DNA of 64,000 nucleotides from Candidatus Bathyarchaeota archaeon (lineage in GTDB: Archaea; Thermoproteota; Bathyarchaeia; Bathyarchaeales; Bathycorpusculaceae): contig CAVYHV010000022.1 in the NCBI GenBank assembly GCA_963768425.1, positions 1 through 64,000 on the forward strand, read 5' to 3'. Position numbers and translations under genes: made by a program. This document shows positions 23,040-33,717 of this stretch, one piece after another (within the stretch, counting starts at the first letter, position 1; each line of letters opens with the position of its first letter). The notes below the pieces were generated by a model. That model did no database searches. It was not told the DNA's origin and saw only the letters and a list, made by a program, of their open reading frames with translations.

Positions 23040-24211
23040 GACTGTTAATCTCCCTCTTGCTTGTTCTATTCAACTATCTGTTTGGATATCATCCTGGATA
23101 TCAGATTGGACAATTTGGTCTGCCCTTTGTAAATTTGTTTTCTCGAATGGATTCTACCCATTACTTGGATATTGCACTCAACGGATATCCTAACGGTTAC
23201 CCTGACGTTTCAACATGGACGAATGGCGTATCAGAATCAGTTGTCCCCGTTCTCGTCTATCCTCAATGGGCGTTCTTTCCGTTATACCCGGCAGTTATGA
23301 GAGTTTTAGGACTTTTACTCACGCCCTTTTTTTCAGTTTCAAACGCCTTAACGGTAGCCGGTTTCTTGATAAGCAATTTCTGCTTTTTTATCAGCACATA
23401 CTTTCTATTTAAATTAACCAACAAATTGTTCAATTCAACAAAGATAGCGATAGCAACAGTAGCCTTCTATTCTTTTTGCATGGGCAGTGTTACCCTTTCC
23501 GCAGTATACAGCGAATCGTTATTTATGGCCTTAACATTAGCTTCTTTCTATTATCTAGAGGAAGGTAGATTTTACAGAGCCACATTTTTCGGCTTCTTTG
23601 CTGCCTTTACAAGAAGTGATGGCTTTATAATATTCATACCGTTCTTTATCTATGCAATACAACAACTGAAAACTCTAAAAACAGAAAAAATACAGAACTT
23701 AAAGAAATCTTTAAGCCTGGTTGGGTTTTCTGGAATAGTTGCATCTCCTTATCTGTTATGGAATATTGAAGGGTACTTCTTGGCAGGAGGCGTTTTTCCA
23801 GTACAAGTTATATCGCGCAATTTGAATTGGGGAATATTCCCGAATCTATATGTTCAATTCACTGACGGCACAGTCCGGCTTCCTGTACAACAAGCTTATC
23901 TACTTTTAGGAATCTTGTTCATTTTGATCCCAACAGTTTATCCGATAGTTAAAACAAGAAGATTGATCACAACAGAAGTGCAAACACTAAAATATTGGGT
24001 ATTCTATTTTGCAATGCTTTACGTTCTAATCACTCAGTCAATAGCATTCAGTGTAATACGCTACGCGATTCCCTTGCTTCCTATATATTGGGTTTCTGCA
24101 AAGATTTATGGAAAAAACCGCTTTGCTGGCGGAATCGTTTTTGGAATAATGACAGGACTCATGATTGCAAGCACATATTTCTTTGAGACAGGAAGCATAG
24201 TTTACCAATGA
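23040..24211 (+). CDS. GT-C membrane mannosyltransferase (PIG-V/Gpi18-like), N-terminus disrupted by IS
   Basis: RMDSTHYLDIALNGY, AFFPLYP, YSESLF and TRSDG motifs. Multiple TM helices. Confidence 0.82.
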
Positions 24212-24493
24212 GGAAATGACGAAAGAACGAGCATGCAGGTTCATTCCTACTTGTTCCTAAAATGGTTAAGCCAACAACTTTTTGGGATAGCTCATAGGAA
24301 CAGCTGTATCGCTATTGATATTTTGCGAGCACGTTTTAGTCTTCATTCATCGTTTCAGATTAAATTCTATGATGTGTCGCGCGCACCGCGCTCTATATGT
24401 AGGTTCTGGAAAAACAGGAAGAAACACTGAAATCTATTTCAACCAAAGCGGCCAAAAGAATCGCTCACCTATAGAAACAATTAATAAAAACAA

Positions 24494-24910
24494 TTGTCGA
24501 TAGTTATGCAGAGGAATTTAATGGGCGGGAATATAAGATTAGGGGCTTATGCTATTGATAGTAAAGTTACTTTCAAAACTGAACTTCATGACCCAATGCA
24601 TGCAATTAAACTTGACAAGGAAGTAAATGGTTATTGTCCATTGTGTGGATACTGGTCTATAAGCACTGATGTGATTATAGATTCTAAAACAGGTGAAAGA
24701 GGAGATATATGCCAAAATTGTGGCACAATATTCGATGCTTCAGCACTTGCATTCATGGATTCGCAAGTGTGCAAATGTGGGCATCCCAGAAACTACCACG
24801 ACAAAAGCTACCTAAACTGCAAAAAAGGGCATGAACAATCTGATTGCCAGTGCAGAAAATATGAACCAACACAGGTTACAATCACATCTTTAGCACAAAC
24901 GCAAAAGTAA
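24494..24910 (+). CDS. Cys/His-rich zinc-finger protein of unknown function
   Basis: CPLC...CQNC ribbon followed by CKCGH...H...C...CQC. Confidence 0.55.
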   Translation: MSIVMQRNLMGGNIRLGAYAIDSKVTFKTELHDPMHAIKLDKEVNGYCPLCGYWSISTDVIIDSKTGERGDICQNCGTIFDASALAFMDSQVCKCGHPRNYHDKSYLNCKKGHEQSDCQCRKYEPTQVTITSLAQTQK

Positions 24911-25057
24911 GAGAGACAAAATAACTGAAGTTACAGAAAATTAATTATGCAAACTACCTAAACTCCATAATTGAAACACTCCTTTTGGAGTTCTATCTAA
25001 CGCTTATCGTTCTCTAAGTATTTTAAAGATTAAAAGAGTTGACAAATAGGTAATTGA

Positions 25058-25936
25058 TTATTGATTAGAGTTAGCCCAGAAAGAAACATAGTCGGCCATG
25101 AAAACTAAGAAGTCAGATCCGTCGATCTTTCCATCGTTGTTTAGATCGCAAGCAGGGTCTAAAATCCTTTTTGTCTGGTAATCAATGTATGCTGACATAA
25201 AATAGAGGAAGTCTTGTCCATCAACAACTCCATCATGCGTGAAGTCGCCTGCTGGATATACTTTCAAAACAATGCTCGAATTACTGACCGTGTTGAACGT
25301 GTCACCACTGTAGATTGCTGTAATAGTCACTATGCCCGTCTTTGTATCATTGAAAGTTGTTGACGTGATGCCGGAACTCAGAGAAGACATGGGTGGATAG
25401 AAGCCACCCGTACTGTCGTTTGAGCTCCATGTTATGCTTCCGGTCGTGTTGTAGCCAGATACCGTTGCAGTCAAAGTAGTTATAGAATAGGCATTCAGGA
25501 CACTGGAAAAACTGACAACAGTTGTATTGGATTTAGTGATAGTCCTCACCTGAAAAGTGGTTGACGCTTTAACCGTAACCTGCGAGACGTCTGCCTGTGC
25601 TAAAACATTGTAAAAACCGGTAATGGTACCTGGGTCACTTCTAATCCGGAATTGCAAATCGCAGTTTCCGTTTAAGTCAGTACTAAGAGTTGTCGCAGTA
25701 ATCAGGTTGCCTGAGGGGTCAAATACCTGGACAGAAACTAACTTGCCAGCTATCGCTGCACCGTTACAGGTCAATGACCCATTTATCATCACTAAGCTGC
25801 CTAAAACGTACGCGGGCTTATCAGTCGATATTTTAAGGACGGCACCGTTATTTTCCGCAATCGCTTTGGGCAGTGCCACAACGAGGATGGACAAGCACAA
25901 GCAAGCAATTATTAATGATGATTTCTTCATACTCAA
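25058..25936 (-). CDS. Secreted Ig-like protein with C-terminal dockerin
   Basis: Signal peptide. Intact duplicated dockerin GDFTHDGVVDGQDFLYFMSAYIDY...DPACDLNNDGKIDGSDFLVFMADYVSFW. Confidence 0.85.
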   Translation of the reverse strand: MSMKKSSLIIACLCLSILVVALPKAIAENNGAVLKISTDKPAYVLGSLVMINGSLTCNGAAIAGKLVSVQVFDPSGNLITATTLSTDLNGNCDLQFRIRSDPGTITGFYNVLAQADVSQVTVKASTTFQVRTITKSNTTVVSFSSVLNAYSITTLTATVSGYNTTGSITWSSNDSTGGFYPPMSSLSSGITSTTFNDTKTGIVTITAIYSGDTFNTVSNSSIVLKVYPAGDFTHDGVVDGQDFLYFMSAYIDYQTKRILDPACDLNNDGKIDGSDFLVFMADYVSFWANSNQ

Positions 25937-26082
25937 TCAAACATAATAGGTTTCCAGAACATTTGAAAATTTTCACTATAGAAACCAGTGGGGTAAATAG
26001 CACATGTATTGCTATTTAGCACACAAAGTCTTCCGGAGACTTTTTGTAGCGTTGAAAAAACCACATTCATATTCCCTGAAGG

Positions 26083-26293
26083 CGTACCGTTAGGTTATTT
26101 TTCATAGCTCCCAATCTTGAAATAAAAATAACGTTTCAGGCGAAAACGAGGGAGATAAAACTTTGGGCAACCTCTTCTTAACTGAATATGCAAAGTGTAT
26201 TGACAAAATGTATTGACAACGACCGACCGGTCGGCTTGTACACACACAGAAGAAGGGGGGACCCTTTCGTGGTGCAAATAACTTAACATTACG
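26083..26293. mobile_element. MITE-like non-autonomous element, 211 bp
   Basis: 18-bp imperfect TIRs with 15/18 matches: CGTACCGTTAGGTTATTT versus the reverse complement of the right end, CGTAATGTTAAGTTATTT. Flanked by a perfect 9-bp direct repeat CCCTGAAGG (26074-26082, 26294-26302). Confidence 0.78.
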
Positions 26294-26378
26294 CCCTGAA
26301 GGTAAGAGATAAGAGAATGATGCCGCCACCTCCCGCTGAATCCATTTTTTCCATTTCCATTTTGTTTAGCTCAGATGA

Positions 26379-27731
26379 TTAGTTAGTTGGAGCGTAGGTT
26401 GTGAAGTAGTGTACGTAGTAACTCAGGAATGCCAGAAAGCTTCCGCAGTTAATTGTGCCTTGTGCTGTTATGTCTGCATATGGATTGTAAACATGGTTCG
26501 TGTAGTATGCGATGTATGCGTCAGTGAAGTAGAAGAAGTCGTTCGCATCAACTACCAATCTTGGAACAGTCTGAGTCTGACCAGCTAACGGTGAATAATT
26601 GCCTAACGCTGAGTTCAGAACTTGGCCGCCTGCCATTGCCGCGCGTGGCATCGCCATATAGTTGTTGTCTGTGACAAAGTTCGGGTTGCTGCCAGCTGTA
26701 CCTGCGTCAGCCTTCAAGTAAGCAATCCATACTCCTTCTGCCAGGTTTGGACCTGTAGTTGGAATAGTGCTTGGTGTTACTTCCCAGAGCCATCTGTACG
26801 GTGTGTAAGTGCCCGCGATAACGTCTAGTTGCGACGGAGCAAAGTATCCTGCGCTGCCTGTTGGTGGACTAGCGTTGTAAATGTTTACGCTAATCATGCT
26901 GGTGGAGTATTCTAGAGCGATGGGCATCGGAACGAATGCGATTGAATCGTGTGAGGATGCAAGTGCTTCGGCGTATGTTTCTTGAGCATTGAGAATGGTG
27001 TATGGAGCCATATATTGACTGCCGGTAACTGCGCCTTGAGCATTCGTGGTTTCAGCGCTGTGACCAAGTTGTTCGCCGAAGAAGTTGTTCCAGCAATCGT
27101 AGGTTCCTGAAGTTGGATCCCTAATAATTCTGAAGATTGGGTCACTCATGTGCGTTTGAGCTGCTGTTGGAATTGCGCTTACGCTACCGTAGTATGCAGT
27201 TAAGAATTGTCCCCAAGTAGTGTAGATTGGATCTTGACCTGCAGCGTCGGTAGACTCGAATAGTTGAGCAACCTGCTTAGCGGTAAGATCTGTTGGAGCC
27301 CATGTCATATCTGGGCTGTAGACGTTTGCGATGCTGTCAATACCAATTGCCCAAATCTGGACGTTGCCTGCGTTTGATTGACCCCACTCAGCTACGGTTG
27401 GAGGTCTTGACATTTCACCAATGTCTGCAGTTGGGTTACCAGAAGCGGGTAAAATAGCTGGGAACGCCGTTCCGCTTCCCAAGCCTTGAATGTTCATAGA
27501 GCTGATATCTAGAGCGGCTGGGGTGCCCCAACTGGGGTTAGCAGCAACCAAGCTGTTCCAATAAGTTGGAAAAGTCGCGGATGCTTCTATCGCTATTGGC
27601 AAAACTGTGCTTGAGCCAGCGATGTTCAGATTGTTAACCGCGATTAAAGCATGTGCCGGAATTGCTGCTGAAGAAAATGCCACGATTACCAGCACCATTA
27701 TTGAAATCATTACTTTTGAGGCTCTATTCAA
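26379..27731 (-). CDS. pstS: Phosphate-binding protein PstS with C-terminal dockerin-like domain, copy 2 (intact)
   Basis: Same PstS motifs as copy 1 and highly similar DNA. C-terminus VDANDFFYFTDAYIAYYTNHVYNPYADITAQGTINCGSFLAFLSYY. Confidence 0.85.
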   Translation of the reverse strand: MNRASKVMISIMVLVIVAFSSAAIPAHALIAVNNLNIAGSSTVLPIAIEASATFPTYWNSLVAANPSWGTPAALDISSMNIQGLGSGTAFPAILPASGNPTADIGEMSRPPTVAEWGQSNAGNVQIWAIGIDSIANVYSPDMTWAPTDLTAKQVAQLFESTDAAGQDPIYTTWGQFLTAYYGSVSAIPTAAQTHMSDPIFRIIRDPTSGTYDCWNNFFGEQLGHSAETTNAQGAVTGSQYMAPYTILNAQETYAEALASSHDSIAFVPMPIALEYSTSMISVNIYNASPPTGSAGYFAPSQLDVIAGTYTPYRWLWEVTPSTIPTTGPNLAEGVWIAYLKADAGTAGSNPNFVTDNNYMAMPRAAMAGGQVLNSALGNYSPLAGQTQTVPRLVVDANDFFYFTDAYIAYYTNHVYNPYADITAQGTINCGSFLAFLSYYVHYFTTYAPTN

Positions 27732-27795
27732 TTTTTGTCATTCTCTTTTTCGGTTTGTGAAAACTGTCTTCGATTGCTTAGGAAGCCAATCAAGG

Positions 27796-28869
27796 TTATG
27801 CTGAAATAGTTATTTGTTGAGGTAGCGTTTGCATTCCAAGTGCTTCACCAACGATGTAGTAAGTGCAGGGTGACGCATGAAAAACTGGGCATGACAAAGT
27901 GGGAACGAGAAGGCAAGGACTAGCGCTTAAAGAGTTAAAATTGCAAACCTGATCCCACTCGAAACTCTGTGTGAAACTTGCACCTGGTAACAGAGAACGC
28001 TCCATGATGAACATGGGAAAAGCCTTTCCGTATGAATCTCGATATACTATTCCTGTGCTGTTGTAAACTATGTAATCAAAGAAACCGCCTGTGTAAGTGA
28101 AACTAATGGTTTTGTCGCTAACGTTGTTTACGCTTAATGTGAAATCAACTGGCTGGCCTACTGCGTAAACGGTCTGTGTAGTGGATAAGGTCAGCGTTAA
28201 CGTTAATGCGCCATTGTGAACAAAAGGAGTTGGACCAGCCCAATAGGCAATGTACGCATTCATAAACTCGAAGAAATCAGTTGCAGTAATGGCGCCATCA
28301 TGATCAAAATCTGCAGCAGGATTACATTGATGGCTACCGTCAAAGCTATTGTAGTCAATGTAGGCACTCGTGAACGCAAAAAAACTGTTAGAATCCACTT
28401 CACCTTGATCAGTTAAATCACCAAGGCAATTCACCGTTATCGTGCTACCCGTACAGCTGTCGCCTGTAGAAGTGGTTGCCCCGGCAATAGAAGAAGCAGT
28501 TGCGCTCAAAACATAGTCGCCTAAAGCGAAACCAGTGGTATTCCACGCGGTGGATGCAACCGCTGAGCCTCCGCTTGGTAAAGTAACAGCTTGAGTACTG
28601 ACAGGGATGTCGTTAACAGAAAATGTAACGGTACAGCTGACCGGTGAAGAACCAGAATTTTCTATATTAGCTGTAAGGGTTGCCGAAAAGCCCTGTTCAA
28701 CGAAAGACTGAGAACAAGCCACTTCAGTAACAATTATGCTATTCACTGTACTACTACTCGAATTAGCAAGCTGGGCGTCACCCCAAAGTTTTGTCTCAGA
28801 AAACGGCAAGAGAATGCTTGCTACAAAAACAATCAGAAGAAACATACACAGATGCTTTTTCAAAGCCAT
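27796..28869 (-). CDS. Secreted CARDB-like + dockerin + BsuPI-like Ig-domain protein
   Basis: CARDB-like region (TANIENSG...WNTTGFALGDYVLSA). Internal dockerin GDLTDQGEVDSNSFFAFTSAY...NPAADFDHDGAITATDFFEFMNAYIAYW. C-terminal YAVGQPVDFTLSVNN...FDYIVY...YRDSYGKAF...LLPG...FEWDQ. Confidence 0.75.
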   Translation of the reverse strand: MALKKHLCMFLLIVFVASILLPFSETKLWGDAQLANSSSSTVNSIIVTEVACSQSFVEQGFSATLTANIENSGSSPVSCTVTFSVNDIPVSTQAVTLPSGGSAVASTAWNTTGFALGDYVLSATASSIAGATTSTGDSCTGSTITVNCLGDLTDQGEVDSNSFFAFTSAYIDYNSFDGSHQCNPAADFDHDGAITATDFFEFMNAYIAYWAGPTPFVHNGALTLTLTLSTTQTVYAVGQPVDFTLSVNNVSDKTISFTYTGGFFDYIVYNSTGIVYRDSYGKAFPMFIMERSLLPGASFTQSFEWDQVCNFNSLSASPCLLVPTLSCPVFHASPCTYYIVGEALGMQTLPQQITISA

Positions 28870-29429
28870 TTCGCCATATGAATGGTGTTAGGAAAAAGTA
28901 TTTGATACTTTCCAACATATAACATAAGGGACCCAATAGTTTGGGCAGGAACTATTTAGAGACTATTTGGCCCTTTGAATTTTGAAGCAATTTGGAGACT
29001 GGCAAGCCACCGCTTGAAATACATTGCCAACAAAGTCTCTGTTGGAATAATTTTAGAAACTTTGAGTAAGGAAAAAGTAACCATTACCTTAATTACAAAA
29101 GCGTAGTGTAATGGAACTTTTCCCTCGCTGTGCCTTCTCCTATTTCTCCTAAGTTCAATTGAGTAAGAGCGGTATTTGATATTTGCCGCTATAGAAAACA
29201 TTGGGCAAATAGTTTCTTTGAATCTATTTAGCCAAACTCGTAGAAACTGTTATTTACAAACTAGGTCAATGCTTTCCGCTGCATTTTGACAAAAGAAACG
29301 TGTTTAAACTTATTTTTTAATGAAAGGATCTTAAGAAACAGGCAAAACAAGAAAAGCACTGCTATATAGGTAATAAAGTTCTCGTTAGATTATGCAGCGA
29401 GACTTTATCTATCCAACTTGAGTCAGCAC

Positions 29430-29570
29430 ATGAATATGAGTACCTGTATTATGCGTGAGGTTCCATGCAAGTGCGGTGGCAGATGGTTCAAGACTGAAGC
29501 CGATGGCACCAGAAAATGCATCAGATGCTGGCCAACCAAGATAAAAAGCCAGATAATGTTGAACTCTTAA
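29430..29570 (+). CDS. Putative 46-aa zinc-finger microprotein
   Basis: Hand translation MNMSTCIMREVPCKCGGRWFKTEADGTRKCIRCWPTKIKSQIMLNS* (CxC...CxxC). Confidence 0.4.
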   Translation: MNMSTCIMREVPCKCGGRWFKTEADGTRKCIRCWPTKIKSQIMLNS

Positions 29571-29709
29571 AGGCTAGACAAAAAGCTTAGAAGTTAGTTT
29601 TAGCTTAGGCAATCGTTTAATTTTGCCCTTCAAGTGGTTCAAATTGAATCACCTTCTATATAGTTACTACAATCTACTAAGATATTTCTTAAGTTGACGA
29701 AAGCCCCCA

Positions 29710-29952
29710 ATGATAATTGGGGAAAAGGATACGCAAAAAATCAACACTTCAGTAATCTTCACGTGCCCTGAATGCAAAGAAAACTTCGAATTTGACTTTG
29801 TTGACGAATACCAGTATGTCCACTGCCCAATCTGCGGAATCGAGCTGATGACTATCCGAAAAAATCAGATCTTATTGCTTGAGCCTTTCGAGTTTGACCA
29901 GAGAACCCAGATATCCAAAATGAAATTACCAGTTCATGCAGAGTTGAGGTGA
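29710..29952 (+). CDS. LysW-like zinc-ribbon protein
   Basis: CPEC...EYQYVHCPICGIEL. Lacks the C-terminal EDWGE of LysW. Confidence 0.6.
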   Translation: MIIGEKDTQKINTSVIFTCPECKENFEFDFVDEYQYVHCPICGIELMTIRKNQILLLEPFEFDQRTQISKMKLPVHAELR

Positions 29953-30113
29953 AAAACTTGAAAGTAAAATGTGTAGGATGCGACAACAAATTTGATCTTC
30001 ACCCCGAGAACTTCTCAAACTTTGAAGTAGTCTTCTGCCCAACATGCGGACTAGACCATCAAGTCATCAAAAAACCAAGCCACGTCACCGTAAAAACAAT
30101 CCAATTCGCCTAA
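29949..30113 (+). CDS. Second LysW-like zinc-ribbon microprotein (54 aa, not in ORF track)
   Basis: Hand translation MKNLKVKCVGCDNKFDLHPENFSNFEVVFCPTCGLDHQVIKKPSHVTVKTIQFA*. GTGA overlap with the preceding gene. Confidence 0.6.
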   Translation: MKNLKVKCVGCDNKFDLHPENFSNFEVVFCPTCGLDHQVIKKPSHVTVKTIQFA

Positions 30114-30183
30114 AACCTCAACCTTTCATAGTCTGTTTCACTAAACAAATGCGGTAAACACGTTTATACTGGCGGACTCTTCA

Positions 30184-30733
30184 ATGGGTTTTATGCAAGA
30201 AATAGAAGTCAAAATTTTAGAGATTGACCGAAAAAAGATTGAGAAAACTCTAACGGATCTGGGTGCAGAAAAAATCTTTGACGGCGGCATCCAAACCATT
30301 TTCTTCGACTTTGAAGACGGAAGAATAGTCAAGGCAAAAGATGTTTTGCGCCTAAGAAAAGAAGAAGACAAGGTTGAATTAACGTTACAAAAAAGTTCGC
30401 TTCACACAATCTGCTAAAACTGCTGAGGAATATTCTGTTGACGTCTCAAATCTGGAGACTGTGAAGATAATTTTGGAGAACCTTGGGCTGTCTGTTAAAG
30501 AGAGTATGGAGAAACATAGAGTTAGCTACATGCTTGATCACGTACGTTTTGATATTGACCGCTACTTTGGCAGCTATGCTTACATTCCGGAGTTTATGGA
30601 GATAGAAGCGGATCCTGACTTAATCCACAAGTACGCCGAGCTTTTGGGCTTTAAAAAAGAGGATTGCCTGCCATGGTCCACTATCGAGTTGATCCAGCAT
30701 TACTCAAGAAATGAAGCCAAGAACAGAAATTAG
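30184..30733 (+). CDS. CYTH-domain (CyaB-like) triphosphate tunnel metalloenzyme (one frameshift)
   Basis: EIEVK N-terminal motif, LRLRK, KHRVSY, FDID, FMEIE. Confidence 0.85.
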
Positions 30734-31242
30734 GGAGTTTTCTGTGTTTCAACGGTAGCTTTTGCAGGTTTGGCGGTTTTGGGTTTAGCGGTTTTGGGGG
30801 AGCGTTTTGCTTTCGCAACTTTTTTCTCGGGCGAGGCAGCTTTCTTAGGGCTTTTGGCAGTTTTTTTGGCTGGACTATTCCAAGCAGGGTATTTGCCGTG
30901 TTCTTTCTTGAAGCTCTCCAGCAGCTCTTCCTGCGCCGCCTTCGGATCTTCAGTCAGCATCCAGCTGACCCCGACTTTTTCCATGTAGCCATCATCAAGT
31001 AGCATTGCGTTGATTTTTCTTGTTATTTTTCCGCCGTATCCGGCTAGGTAGCCGCCGAAGATTCTTTTGTTGAGTTTCTTTGTTTTGCCGATATAGAGGA
31101 TGTCTGAGTCAGTTTTTCCTGTGGGCAAGCTGTCAACTAAGATTAAAACTGTGCTTTTGTTGAGTGGGAGGCTGGAAAACGGTAGGTTTTTCAAAGAAAC
31201 GGATTCTGAGAAGCCTTTTTCTTTAAGAGTTAAAGAATTCAT
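30730..31242 (-). CDS. GIY-YIG-like protein with Lys/Ala/Pro-rich tail, copy 1
   Basis: DILYIGKT...KRI...QEELL...EHGKYPAWN, followed by SPAKKTAKSPKKAASPEKK... Confidence 0.7.
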   Translation of the reverse strand: MNSLTLKEKGFSESVSLKNLPFSSLPLNKSTVLILVDSLPTGKTDSDILYIGKTKKLNKRIFGGYLAGYGGKITRKINAMLLDDGYMEKVGVSWMLTEDPKAAQEELLESFKKEHGKYPAWNSPAKKTAKSPKKAASPEKKVAKAKRSPKTAKPKTAKPAKATVETQKTP

Positions 31243-31557
31243 GCGTTTTAATAATTCAGCTCAGGATTTAACCCTTACTATATAGAACGGCAATATATAG
31301 TCTATTTATCACTATAGAGTCTATTTTCGGAGCCCTTAATCACAACTCCCCCACATAAAACATATACGGAGAGTATCCACACGCACAGAAAAGTTCCACT
31401 TTTCGAGTATGAAACGTTCCGTGTTCGCCAAGCAAAATGCACAGAAACCAAAGATCTGCCAAGGAAGCAAGACCGCTGAACCCCAAAAAGCCAAATCCGA
31501 AGAAAAATAATGCGTCCAGATTAGTTGATAATGCGCAAATTCCAAAAGTTCTAATGT

Positions 31558-33700
<2,143 letters not shown>

Positions 33701-33717
<17 letters not shown>

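Noticed and set aside
26083-26293. Integron attC or Xer/dif site (GTTAGGT/GTTAAGT cores)
   Set aside because: The 9-bp flanking direct repeat plus terminal inverted repeats fit a MITE better, and no tyrosine recombinase is nearby.
886-28869. True cellulosome
   Set aside because: No glycoside hydrolase, esterase or clear CBM was recognisable among the dockerin-bearing genes in this window.
29710-30113. LysW lysine/arginine biosynthesis carriers
   Set aside because: They lack the C-terminal EDWGE motif and there are no lysX/lysZ neighbours.
30184-30733. Adenylate cyclase signalling role for the CYTH gene
   Set aside because: Sequence alone cannot show cyclase activity, and the polyP context favours a tripolyphosphatase.
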